Source: Diplonema japonicum (lineage: Eukaryota > Protista > Euglenozoa: Diplonemea). Taken from it: a stretch of DNA of 64,000 nt. Location of the stretch: the NCBI GenBank assembly GCA_964019335.1, contig OZ025667.1:186001-250000 (forward strand), written 5' to 3'. The notes beneath the pieces were generated by a model. It had not been told where the DNA came from. It ran no database searches and was given only the letters and a program-made list of their open reading frames with translations. Below are positions 34,424-44,496 of this stretch, one piece after another (position 1 is the first letter of the stretch; each line of letters opens with the position of its first letter). The translations under genes were made by a program, and so were the position numbers.

Positions 34424-36832
34424 ATGGACAATGTAAGCTTGAGCACCTCGCCAAGCTTCCGAAGCAGCTTGAGCACCCAAGAGGAAACGATCGAGGATCA
34501 GCGAGGTGTGGGCTTCACAGAAGTGGTGCCGGTACCGTACACTGGAGAGGAGGACAAGGAGTCCAGGAAACTATCTGTCGCGCGTTCAGGTTCGGTGGCC
34601 ATTGTTGTGGACCCGGTGGAGAGGTTCTGGTATCTGCCTCGCACCCGGCACGTTCAGTTTCTCTTTCTCTTCTGCATACTCTACCAGATACTCTTCTTGG
34701 TGGTGGCGGTGGTGCGCCAAAACAGACTCTTCACGATCATCAACATCGAGGTGGTGACCTTCCTCACGTTGTGCGTAGCATGTCTTTCCGTTCCCTCGTT
34801 TCAAATCCCTGTAATCGTTGGTGCGGCGCTGCATAGCATCGTGGCTGCCTACGCCTGCTCCTATTCCTTATCGGGTGTTGTCCACCTCTTTATCCCGCCT
34901 CTTGTTCTCGGGGTTCCACTGCTCTTTCTCTCCATCGGGGTCAAAGGATACGAGGTGCACGATGATTCGGGAAAGGCAGACCTCGAGTCCTCCAGGGGCA
35001 TCATCGTGCCCGTCCCTTCAGAGAAGTACCGTGCCGTCTTCCTCCACATTCCGCATATGTACGTGAGCCTGCTCATCGTCGTTTGTTTCATTGTCACCTT
35101 CCACGAGGATGGCAATGGAAAGATCACTCTCGACAAATGGTCGGAGCTCATTAGCTGGCTGATGGTGGTGTCACCTGCGTGGTACATCTTCAAGACCTCC
35201 CCGGACCTTGTGGTTGTGTTTTTCGAGGGCATGGTGCGTCCTATGTTCCCAGAGGAGACACGCAATGAGACAGCTATCCAAACGCCAAGAGAGTCCTGGC
35301 GTGTCCCGCCTGCTAGGTCGGCATGGGACTCTCCAGTGCGATCCGAGGCAGAAAAATGGAGAAAGACACCCTCCACAGTGAGTTTGATATCCATCAAATC
35401 CCCCGACAGCCTGGTGTCCAGCGTGTCAGAGAACGAGTCGCCAAAGTCGGCGTCCGTCATGTCGAACCCTTTGGCATCCTCCAGTGCCCAGCAAGTGCAG
35501 ACAGCGTCTCCTAGAGGCGTGCTGAAGTCTTCACACATGCGGCACAGGACAAAGAAGAATTCAAGCACGCAGTTGAAAAACGTCGATTGGCGGCGGGGTG
35601 CCGTTATAGGAAAGGGTGGCTTCGGAGCAGTCTTCATCGGGCTGAACGAGGCGAACGGGCAGCTGATGGCCGTTAAGATGATCGCATTCGACCCGAAGGA
35701 CCGCACCGTGCAGCGCAAGCTGGCCCTGCTCTCCAACGAGATCGCGCTGATGAAGACGCTGGAGCACCCGAACATCGTGTCTTACTACTTCACAGAACGT
35801 GTGGGGAACATCATGAACATCTTCATGGAGTACGTGGCGGGAGGCTCGCTTCTGCATGTTCTGAACCAGTTCGGCCCGTTGGGAGACTACGTCAGCTCGG
35901 CATATGCAGAGCAAGTCCTTATAGGATTGGAGTACCTCCACTCGATGGGTGTCGTCCACCGTGACATCAAATGCGCCAACGTCCTCCTAACAGTCGACGG
36001 TGTATGTAAACTGGCAGACTTTGGAGCCGCGATACACTTAACAAAAATGTTAGTAAAGGACAACGGGGCCATCGGGGGTGTGCAAGGTACACCTGTGTGG
36101 ATGGCACCGGAAGTCGTGACGGAACAAGGGCACGATTGGAGGTGTGACATATGGTCGTTAGGCTGCACTGTGATGGAGATGCTCACTGCGAAGTCGCCGT
36201 TTTCCCATTACGGGGCACCTCCCTTGAGGACGCTGCAGCTCATCGTCAATGAAAGGATACAGCTTCCAGAAAGAATATCATCAAGCGCGAGAAGTTTAAT
36301 GATGCAGTGCTTTAATAAGAACCCGGAGGGGAGGCCCTCCGCGGAACAGCTTCTCCAACACAAGTGGTTCAGTGATGACGCGTCGATCTGTACAAGACCG
36401 TCTAGCCAGGGGACACGTTCTGATGTTGTTTCTGTCACCTCACGAGGAACATCCCAGGCTAGTTCCTTGGGCAAGAGCCAACGGTACCAAGACGCCATGA
36501 AGGGGCTGCCTTTGCCTCTCCCCAGCCGCGAATCTGACATTCAGAAAATGCGGAAATTGGCTGCAGTTAAGATGGATATAGAGTCCAGAGCGTCCTTAAT
36601 GAAGGCCCCAAAGACTTGTTCCACGATAGTCGCTGGGAAGAAGACGCCTGATACAGTGCGGGATGCGGAGTGTCTTGAAAACCCAATGGTGCAGATCATG
36701 CTAGGGGAGAAGCACTATGAGGATTCAGTGTTCAATCTGCCTCCAAACTTCCACAAACTCGTGAACCTTTCTGCAACTTCGCGAAATAACCTCGATTCTT
36801 CTACTTGGGCGGATGGTATGCCATGGGAGTGA
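34424..36832 (+). CDS. STE11/NPK1-like MAP3K with N-terminal multi-pass membrane region
   Basis: WRRGAVIGKGGFG, MAVK, HRDIKCANVL, DFG, GTPVWMAPE; about 6 hydrophobic helices N-terminally. Confidence 0.9.
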   Translation: MDNVSLSTSPSFRSSLSTQEETIEDQRGVGFTEVVPVPYTGEEDKESRKLSVARSGSVAIVVDPVERFWYLPRTRHVQFLFLFCILYQILFLVVAVVRQNRLFTIINIEVVTFLTLCVACLSVPSFQIPVIVGAALHSIVAAYACSYSLSGVVHLFIPPLVLGVPLLFLSIGVKGYEVHDDSGKADLESSRGIIVPVPSEKYRAVFLHIPHMYVSLLIVVCFIVTFHEDGNGKITLDKWSELISWLMVVSPAWYIFKTSPDLVVVFFEGMVRPMFPEETRNETAIQTPRESWRVPPARSAWDSPVRSEAEKWRKTPSTVSLISIKSPDSLVSSVSENESPKSASVMSNPLASSSAQQVQTASPRGVLKSSHMRHRTKKNSSTQLKNVDWRRGAVIGKGGFGAVFIGLNEANGQLMAVKMIAFDPKDRTVQRKLALLSNEIALMKTLEHPNIVSYYFTERVGNIMNIFMEYVAGGSLLHVLNQFGPLGDYVSSAYAEQVLIGLEYLHSMGVVHRDIKCANVLLTVDGVCKLADFGAAIHLTKMLVKDNGAIGGVQGTPVWMAPEVVTEQGHDWRCDIWSLGCTVMEMLTAKSPFSHYGAPPLRTLQLIVNERIQLPERISSSARSLMMQCFNKNPEGRPSAEQLLQHKWFSDDASICTRPSSQGTRSDVVSVTSRGTSQASSLGKSQRYQDAMKGLPLPLPSRESDIQKMRKLAAVKMDIESRASLMKAPKTCSTIVAGKKTPDTVRDAECLENPMVQIMLGEKHYEDSVFNLPPNFHKLVNLSATSRNNLDSSTWADGMPWE

Positions 36833-37904
36833 AAAAAAAAAAAGAAAAAAAAAAAAGGAACTGATGCCCGTTCGCCGGTGTCTGAGACGTAAGCCTAAGC
36901 CGTGTGTGAATTCGGCTTCTTTTTCTTCTCCCTCTGCTCTTATCTTTTTTTTTTTTTTTTTTTTTTTTTCCTTATTTCTTTTTTTTCTTAACACGGTACT
37001 GGGACAATTAAGATCAACAGGGACAACCCTTGGGAGGGTACCTGCGTTTGCCAGAAAAGTTTTTTTTTTTCTCGATGATATATGTATATCATGTCCACCA
37101 AAGGTTTTTCATAGGTGAACAGCAGTCCGTAAGACATATTGGATATCAGCCAAACCCCCCCCCGAGTTTTTTTTTCTGTTTTGCAGTAGATTATTTATTT
37201 CTTGTTTTGTCATCGGAAGGGAAAAAAAAAGTAAATAAAGTTTTCTTTTTTTTCTTTTTTTATTTCTCTCCCCCCTTTTTTTTTACTTTTTTTTTATTGT
37301 TTTCTTTTTCCTCTCTTCCCGTTGAATCTAATAAAGCATTTAAAAAAAAAAAAAGAAAGAACGAAGGAACAAGGACGAGCAAGGCGTGACCTGAGGTTTT
37401 TTTTACACCGAAGAAGAAGAAAAATCGGCTTTTCTTTTTTTGAAGTGGTTCTAAGTCATGTGGGTGCGTTGCCCGTCATATACTTTCTTCTTCTTTTTTT
37501 TCATCCCCCCCTCCCCCATATCGTATTTGGACTTATGGACTAATGAACCAAAAAGTTTTTAATTATTGCCAATCATACTTTTCTTTACTTTCTAAACTCT
37601 CTCTTTCGGAAAAGAAATGCAGCCCCCTTCATGGGGGGCTTTTTTTTTTTTTCTCTTTTTTTTTCCCGTATTAAGTTCAATTTCAGTCAGCTTGTTTTTT
37701 TTTTTTTTTTTTTTTTTTCTTCTTCTGGAAGGGGAAAAAAAAAAAAAGAAGTCGCTGGTTTTGTGCAAAGTTGTGTTTACAGCTTGTTCGGCTTTAACCT
37801 TTAAAGGGATCGACCTGACTTTTTGTTTGTGCAAAGTGGGGGGGGGGGGGGGGGGGGTGCTGGTAAGAAACGGGGAAACGTTTCCGTTTCCTTAGCCGTT
37901 TCTT

Positions 37905-37935
37905 TAAAATTAAATTAAATTAAATTAAATTAAAT
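37905..37935. repeat. (TTAAA)n microsatellite
   Basis: About 6 tandem TTAAA units. Confidence 0.85.
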
Positions 37936-37943
37936 TTTTCAGA

Positions 37944-38372
37944 TACTGTGAAACAAAAAATCAGGGAGATACAATGTTCGGACCGCCAAAACATCCGGTG
38001 ATTTTTTTTTTCTTCCGGACATTTTTTTGGGCACTTTTCTAAGGGTGTACCTAGCCTGTCAGCTTTGTTGTTTCTTCCTTGTTCAGAAGAGGCTTGCGAC
38101 CCGCAGTAACGGTGCAGCTACCAAAGCGGTGCTTCCAGTCTGATATACTGGACATTGGCTCCATGACGCAAACCCGCAAAGTACAAGAACAACCCAAAAG
38201 CAAGCACAATGAGTGGTTCGGTTCGACAAGTTTGTGGTAGAAGTGAATAATCAGGATCTGAGGTGTCTTTTAGTTCTTGGAAAAGTCCGTAAATTCAATT
38301 CTCTGATAATCGGTGAGCCCTTTAATAAAAAAAAGGGGGGGTCCCAAGAAAAAATATTTTTGTTTTACAGTA
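37944..38372. mobile_element. TA-flanked Tc1/mariner-type MITE (TACTGT family), nested in family-A-like remnants
   Basis: TIR TACTGTGAAACAAAAA...TTTTTGTTTTACAGTA. Flanks carry gaaacgtttccgtttcc / ggaaacgcgtttcc of family A. Confidence 0.7.
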
Positions 38373-38803
38373 CTTAAGGAAACGCGTTTCCTTTTCAGAG
38401 GAAATGTGGTACGGCCCCAAAACATTCCCCACACACACACACATTTTTTTTTTGACTATAACCATTTAACCTAGTCGTTTCAAACGAAACGTCAGGATAG
38501 TTTTTTTTGTCAAAAAAACCACAAAAAAAAAGAGAGAATTCCCCCCTCCCCTCCAAATGTCCATAAGGCGTGTGCATACAAATACTAGGACCGACTTTTT
38601 TTTTTTTTTTTTTTTTTTTTTACACTTCTGCTATTATAGGCCTTACGCAAAGGATAATTCTGAGACACTGAACTCTCCTATTTGAAAAGAACTCACCCTT
38701 CTTAAAGGCGCACTCAGAATGTGCTGGAACATGATGCTCGTCCACAGTCGGAAGGACTGCGCTCTTGAAAGTGCTGGTAAAGCTTCTCCCCCTCCTCCCC
38801 CCC

Positions 38804-38972
38804 TAGGGCTATGCTGGCAGGAAACGTTTCCGTTTCCGTTTCCGTTTCCATACTTTTCAAAATTCTTATGGAAACGGCTTCCTTCTTAAGGAAACATAGG
38901 AAACGTTTCCGTTTCCGTTTCCCTTTTTTTCAAAAAATGCATGGAAACGCGTTTCCATGCCAGCATGCCCTA
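38804..38972. mobile_element. MITE family A, copy 2
   Basis: TAGGGCTATGCTGGCA...TGCCAGCATGCCCTA with (GTTTCC)n internal repeats. Confidence 0.85.
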
Positions 38973-39414
38973 GGGGGGGGTCATAAGGGGGTCGTTATTT
39001 GCCCTTTTTCAGGCTCTTCGCCAAGGGCATTTTGGGCCCTTAAAAAAACTGTAACCACCAAAAGTGCCCACAAATCACCCAAACCCCCGTTTCCCGATGT
39101 TTTCCGGCCCCAGAAGTGCCCAGAATCATGTTCTAATTTTGGGGCCCCCGTTTGGTACTTTCCTATGTAATCCTAGGGAACATAAAATAGGGGCTCCTAG
39201 GATTGCATAGGGAAAGTACCAAACGGGGGCCCCAAAATTAGAACATGATTCTGGGCACTTCTGGGACCGGAAAACATCGGGAAACGGGGGTTTGGGTGAT
39301 TTGTGGGCACTTTTGGGGTGGTTACAGTTTTTTTAAGGGCCCAAAATGCCCTTGGCGAAGAGCCTGAAAAAGGGCAAAAAGTGGCCCTTTTTAAGGACCA
39401 TATGACCCCCCCTA
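38971..39414. mobile_element. Foldback element family B: ~180-bp near-perfect inverted repeat
   Basis: Arms ~38998-39177 and ~39196-39378 (the ORF track shows the same peptide on both strands). Termini TA-G8TCATA...TATGAC7-TA. Confidence 0.9.
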
Positions 39415-39522
39415 CCCCCCCCATCCCATTCTATCTGTTTTCTATTGGTTCTTTTATTATTAATACTTAGTGAATTTTTTTTCGTTTCACGCCTTAACGC
39501 GCACTTTTTTTTTTTTTTTTTA

Positions 39523-39860
39523 AGGTGGTGGGGATAACATGGAAATATAAGAAGTACATCAGATGTGTTGTTCGCTGTTGACCTCCTCGTCGGTCATCAT
39601 CGGTAGCGCCCGAGTGGAAGAAGGTAACGCAGATGCTCGGTGACGAACGGGCAGCAAACTGCACGAGTGCAGAATCTTGGTTACCCGGGACGCCCCGGCT
39701 AGGGTTGAGCACACCGCACGCATTAAGGACACGACGCGGAACGCAGAAGAAGCTACTGCTCGGCCGAGGAGCGCCCCCTGTAATCAAGTAGGTAGTTCGT
39801 GCTTCATTGCACGCTTAACGCCACCTAGTGTTGCAATCAAAGCCCCATTTTTTTTTTTTT
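39523..39860 (+). repeat. Dispersed repeat family C, copy 1
   Basis: Near-identical to 41007-41270; deleted copy at 41858-41975; its 3' 45 nt recur at 10364-10410. Confidence 0.85.
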
Positions 39861-40518
39861 TGTTTGAATACAAAATCAGTCTTCTCTGATTTTTTTTTTT
39901 ATATTTTTTATAAAAAGCTTTCACTGTAAAAGGCTGGCTGTAGACAGGTGTTCATGAAGTAGCGCCCCCCCCCCCCCCCCCTTTAACAAATCATGGACAG
40001 CATTTAGTCCATCCCTCGCACTAAGGTTGAAAGAACTTATTAATATCAGTCGGTATTTCCCTCCTTACCTCCCCCACCCCCTTTTATTTTGTTGAAGGCG
40101 GCACCCCAATACACGACAATCAATAAAAAAAAAGGAGGGCTGATTTATCAGCGTGAGGGGGGTGATATAGTTTTTTTTTTTATTCGGCGCAGACTGGGGC
40201 GTATTTTTTTATGAAAATGCAGCAAACATGGTATACGGGTATATAGGTCCTCTTTCCCCCCCCCCCCCCCATTTTCTTTTTGTTATCATTTGTTCGTGGT
40301 GGTTCACGGAGTGGGTTCAAAAAAAAAAAAAAAAAAAAAAAGAATACTGATTTGTTAGAGGGAGGCCTTTGTAGTGAGAAATTGCTTTTTTTTTTTTTTT
40401 TTTTTTTTTTTTTCTTTCCCCGACTGCCAAGGGATGACTTTACTGTGCCTTGATTTTTCATTTTACCCTTTCACGGTGGAACCTCGAGGAAGCGGTCACA
40501 TTACTTGTCGGTAGTAAA

Positions 40519-40782
40519 TACTGTAAAGTGAAAAGCACCACCACGACGGACAAAAGTCCGAATTTTTTTCGCGTCCGGGAGTGAAGCCTGGCTCAACCCT
40601 GCCTGGGCTGACTTGCAAAAAAACCCCACCAATTTTCCCAGCATATTCACTTGCTTGTGTGGCCCTGCTTAAGAAAAACTCCCAGCTGACAACGTCCGGG
40701 TTATTTGGCGTCCGGGAGTTTGTCCGTCTGGGCGTTTTTCCTTCCGGATATTTGTCCATGCGATGTTGTACACTTTACAGTA
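40519..40782. mobile_element. TA-flanked MITE (TACTGT family)
   Basis: Perfect TIR TACTGTAAAGTG...CACTTTACAGTA. Shares ttttc(c)ttccgga.attt with 37944-38372. Confidence 0.8.
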
Positions 40783-41006
40783 TGGAAACTTCTAGAAGGT
40801 CTGAAGAGCAGGTACCAGAACGACAGCGCAGCACGCAGTCGCTGATGAACAGAAGATGCGGCCGCAGGACCTGTAAGAATAGCAAATTCCAAAGTTTATC
40901 CCCCCCCCCCCCCCCCGAATACTTTCATTAAAAGAAGACTTGGCAGTTCTCTTGTCTTATCCAAAGGTCCGTGTTTTTTTTTTACCCTTGAATGTCTCTC
41001 TTTTTC

Positions 41007-41290
41007 AGGTGGTGGGGATAACATGGAAATATAAGAAATACATCAGATGTGTTGTTCGCTGTTGACCTCCTCGTCGGTCATCACCGGTAGCGCCCAGTGG
41101 AAGAACGTAACGCAGATGCTCAGGGGTGACGAACAGGCAGCAAACTGCATGAGCGCCGAATCTTGGTTACCCGGGACGCCCGGGCTGGGTTGAACTGTAC
41201 ACCGCACGCATTAAGGACACGACGCGGAACGCAGAAAAAACCGCGGTGCGCCTCCTGTAATCAAGTAGTGCAGGGCGCCGCCAACACGGT
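41007..41290 (+). repeat. Dispersed repeat family C, copy 2
   Basis: aggtggtggggataacatggaaatataagaa...ctgtaatcaagtag aligns with 39523-39791. Confidence 0.85.
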
Positions 41291-41430
41291 TGAGGCCTCC
41301 CTTCACTCTTATTTCTTTTTTTCCTTCTCCTTTTTAAAACAGTGGCCACCACCCGCATTATCAAATGTCATATCCTGCAGAAGGTTTTAAAAGCCGAACA
41401 ATCCTGTCTCTCTTTTTTTTCTTTTTTTTT

Positions 41431-41836
41431 GAGGCACCAAAGGTTGTGGAACTGTACAAGCTCAAGCTGACCCCGCGGCTCAGGGAGTATGGTGATCAGG
41501 TGCTGAGGTGGCTGCTGGCTGCGCTGCGGTGGGCGGAGGAGGGAACGTCCGTGTCGGCGATCGAGCTAGCGATTGACTTTGAATGCTACACGAAGAAGAC
41601 GTTGGGGTCAACGTCAACAAGAAGGCGGTGAGGATCAAGCGGATCCTGGATACGCTGCAGGCGCATGGCTGAGGGAGAAAAGGCGCGCTTTCCCGGCGAA
41701 GGTGAGATCACCACGATCCATTGGCCGCGTTTGATAGAAGGGCCCTGTTTGCATCGGACCGACAGCGACCAAGAGCTAGGCACTACGGTACGGTGGGCCG
41801 TTGCTAACTTCGTTCCTATCATAGTGAATTTTTTTT
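41431..41836 (+). mobile_element. Degenerate 3' fragment of a related LINE
   Basis: VLRWLLAALRWAEEGTSVSAIELAIDFECYT aligns with VLKWLRGLRWYDGKKKTSVTTMELAIDYEQTT of the LINE ORF. Bounded by T-runs. Confidence 0.75.
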
Positions 41837-41857
41837 TGATTTCTCTTTTTTTTTTTT

Positions 41858-42005
41858 GGGTGGTAGGGATAACATGGAGATTAAAGAAGTACACCAAATG
41901 TGTGTTCGCTGTTGACCTCCTCTTGACGAACAGGCAGCAAACTATATCCGCCGAGGTGCGCCCTGTAATCAAGTATACAGTGCTTGTGCAGGACGCTACC
42001 AACAC
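41858..42005 (+). repeat. Family C, internally deleted copy 3
   Basis: gggtggtagggataacatgga...gttcgctgttgacctcctc...ccctgtaatcaagta. Confidence 0.75.
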
Positions 42006-42474
42006 TGGCCTCCTTTATCTCTGTTTTCTTCTTCTTTTTTTTTCTTTTTTTCTTTCTTTCTCCCGATATATAAAAAAAGAAAAAGAAAAACCAATTCATA
42101 ATCGTATTTCTTCTTTGCAAGCAAGGTGTTGTGTTGTCTTCCGACAGCTGGGGGCTTTTTTTTTCTTTCTTCTCAGGACAAGCCGATAACAGGGTAGAAG
42201 GGTGACCTGCCATGATACGGAGGAAGACACCAAGGACACGGCACACAAACAAAAGAAGGTCGGAACCAAGCGAATCATCCCAACAAAAAACAACCAAAGA
42301 AAGGCCGAAGCGCCCCAGAAGGGGGGAAATGAGTAGTAGAGACTGGGGAACGTTCCAGAACATAAACCTTTTTTATCTCCTCTCATTCTTCTTCATTCCC
42401 TTTTTTTTTGAGAAAAAAAAATGGAAAAAAAAAAACCCTCATCCATCCAGGGCAAAAAAAAAAAAAAAAAAAGA

Positions 42475-44244
42475 ATGACAGATGACGGCACGGGCACTGG
42501 CGACGAAGGGACGCTCGTGAGTCCTTCGTGGAAGCCGGTTGTGTCAATACACAGCGAAGGGAGCACGTTGAACAGTCTTACAAACACGGGATCGATATCT
42601 CCAACCATAAGGGTAACAAACTGCGGCGGCCCAAAGAGGCTTCCAGAGGCACGGCGTAACACAGGGCGGACGGAACCCCGCCACCGGGAGCTCACCTACC
42701 GCCGAGTAGCATACAAGAAAACAAAACGAATTCGGATAAGAAACGCGCGCACCCCGAGCATAGTGCCCCCAAAAACCAAAAACAAAATCAGACGGAAAGC
42801 CGAAGAACTCCTCACCTTCATGGACGCAGCGGTCCAGGCGGGACCGGATATGATCAATGAGGTAATACAGCTAGTAGGGGTGATGATGGAGCCTCCATTA
42901 ACTACGGGAAAGCTCAAAACACTGAAAAATGAAATTGCAAATGTAAAGAAAGAACTCCGAGATTTGGAAGACGAGAAGTACGACATGCTTCGCGACCTAG
43001 CAAACCTGCAAAGTGAGATGTACCATCTAGAAGATGACAGGGAAGACGAATTAAAAGCGCTGAAGGAAGCAGCAAACGCTGTTAAAGTAGCAACCCCAAG
43101 CACATCACCAGGCACCAACCCCGCCGACGCACTGGGCTCATGGGCCCGGGAATTAAACAAAAAATCCTCCGGAGGAGGAGGCGCACAATTTAAAAACGGC
43201 GAAGAAGTTTGCAAAGAATGCTGCGAACCCATGAACATCTCGAACAGGTGGTGCCCTGTATCAGGCGCTCGGCATCGAACAGAAGCCGAAAAAGAAGTCG
43301 AACTCCTTAGAAGACGTCTGTCAGCCATTGCCCTTGAAGAACTTTCAAAGGGTTTCATCGCCGACGGGAGTATAATGTATCATTCTGATGGTGAATCCCC
43401 AGAACCCTCCCCTAGACGGTTGTCGAGACAATGGCTTATCGACTCTGTTACCCTGGCATCGCCCATCACGTTGGGTGACAAAAGCACACCTGATTCAAGG
43501 AAGAAACATACTTTTCAGTTCAAAGACCCGTATACAGACAGCGACGCAGATTCTAGAGACGATGAAGATTCTGTATTCGGTGCGGTGTTTAGAAAACTGT
43601 CGAAGAAGTCTTCAAACGGTGAGACACCCCCTCAGCGACCTCTTCAAAAAGCTCGGCATGGTGGGAATTTGAAGCTACTTCGACAACCCGCGTCAGAGGG
43701 TGAATCTCCACCTCATAAGCCTCTTATGAAGGTACCTACAATGCCGCTGAAAATTCTTGAGGAAGGAGGTGTTGAACAAACACGTACCGAACCCGTTTCC
43801 CCCACTGCGCCTCTAGAGAGGAAGAACACAGTCCCTACCTTGGAGAGAAAGTCAACGTTACCTTCTGGACTGCCACCGATGGATCGGAAGTCGACGATGC
43901 CGTCGGGGTTTCATGTGAACGAAGACAACCCTTCGTTGCAAATGGAGCGTAAAACAACTATGCCGTCGTCGGGGCTGCAGGCGAGCGATTTACAGCTGGA
44001 ACGGAAGTCTACGCTTCCATCTGGGTACCAGCCTGTTCTTGAGGCGGTGCAAATGGAACGAAAATCAACCTTGCCTTCTGGTTTCTTACTCGGTGATGAA
44101 GAGTTGCCGATCCAGAAGGAACGAGGGCCTACACCAACAGGTTTTCAGCCTGAACTGCAAAGACACACACATGCTTCGCCATGCGGCGAATCCCCGCCGT
44201 CCAGCCCCGCATTGGAACGGAAGGGAACTATTGCTATTAGTTAA
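42475..44244 (+). CDS. Coiled-coil protein with CxxC...CPxSGxxH putative zinc motif and ERKSTLPSG repeats
   Basis: Long ORF; probable ATG at 42475 after an A-run. Coiled coil, CKECCEPMNISNRWCPVSGARH, and about 7 (E/D)RKxT repeats. Confidence 0.8.
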   Translation: MTDDGTGTGDEGTLVSPSWKPVVSIHSEGSTLNSLTNTGSISPTIRVTNCGGPKRLPEARRNTGRTEPRHRELTYRRVAYKKTKRIRIRNARTPSIVPPKTKNKIRRKAEELLTFMDAAVQAGPDMINEVIQLVGVMMEPPLTTGKLKTLKNEIANVKKELRDLEDEKYDMLRDLANLQSEMYHLEDDREDELKALKEAANAVKVATPSTSPGTNPADALGSWARELNKKSSGGGGAQFKNGEEVCKECCEPMNISNRWCPVSGARHRTEAEKEVELLRRRLSAIALEELSKGFIADGSIMYHSDGESPEPSPRRLSRQWLIDSVTLASPITLGDKSTPDSRKKHTFQFKDPYTDSDADSRDDEDSVFGAVFRKLSKKSSNGETPPQRPLQKARHGGNLKLLRQPASEGESPPHKPLMKVPTMPLKILEEGGVEQTRTEPVSPTAPLERKNTVPTLERKSTLPSGLPPMDRKSTMPSGFHVNEDNPSLQMERKTTMPSSGLQASDLQLERKSTLPSGYQPVLEAVQMERKSTLPSGFLLGDEELPIQKERGPTPTGFQPELQRHTHASPCGESPPSSPALERKGTIAIS

Positions 44245-44346
44245 GGAAAATATGGGTATATATATCATAGGGGAGGGAGGGGGGAGGGGGGGGGGGGGGG
44301 GGAATACGGTACAGAAGGCTTTTTTTTTTTTTTTTTTTTTTTTTTT

Positions 44347-44496
44347 CCCAAGTGTCACCCTGGCTGCGAGGTGATACCTAGGAATAGAAGTCGATCACCG
44401 CGATGGAGCTGGCGATTGATCATCGAGATGACGGTCGATATATCCTTTACAACGACACGTGCAGCAAATGGCGCCCAGGAGATCGAGTTTTTTTTT
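44347..44496 (+). mobile_element. Highly deleted LINE 3' remnant with own ATCGAG-(T)9 end
   Basis: Translates WLRGDT*E*KSITAMELAIDH, homologous to the LINE C-terminal domain. Ends GATCGAGTTTTTTTTT. Confidence 0.7.

Noticed and set aside
37905-37935. Interstitial telomeric repeat
   Set aside because: TTAAA units lack the G-rich telomere motif; this is a simple microsatellite.
44459-44496. ORF-track start of the LINE protein
   Set aside because: It lies in the tail of the upstream remnant; the element is 5'-truncated within the endonuclease.
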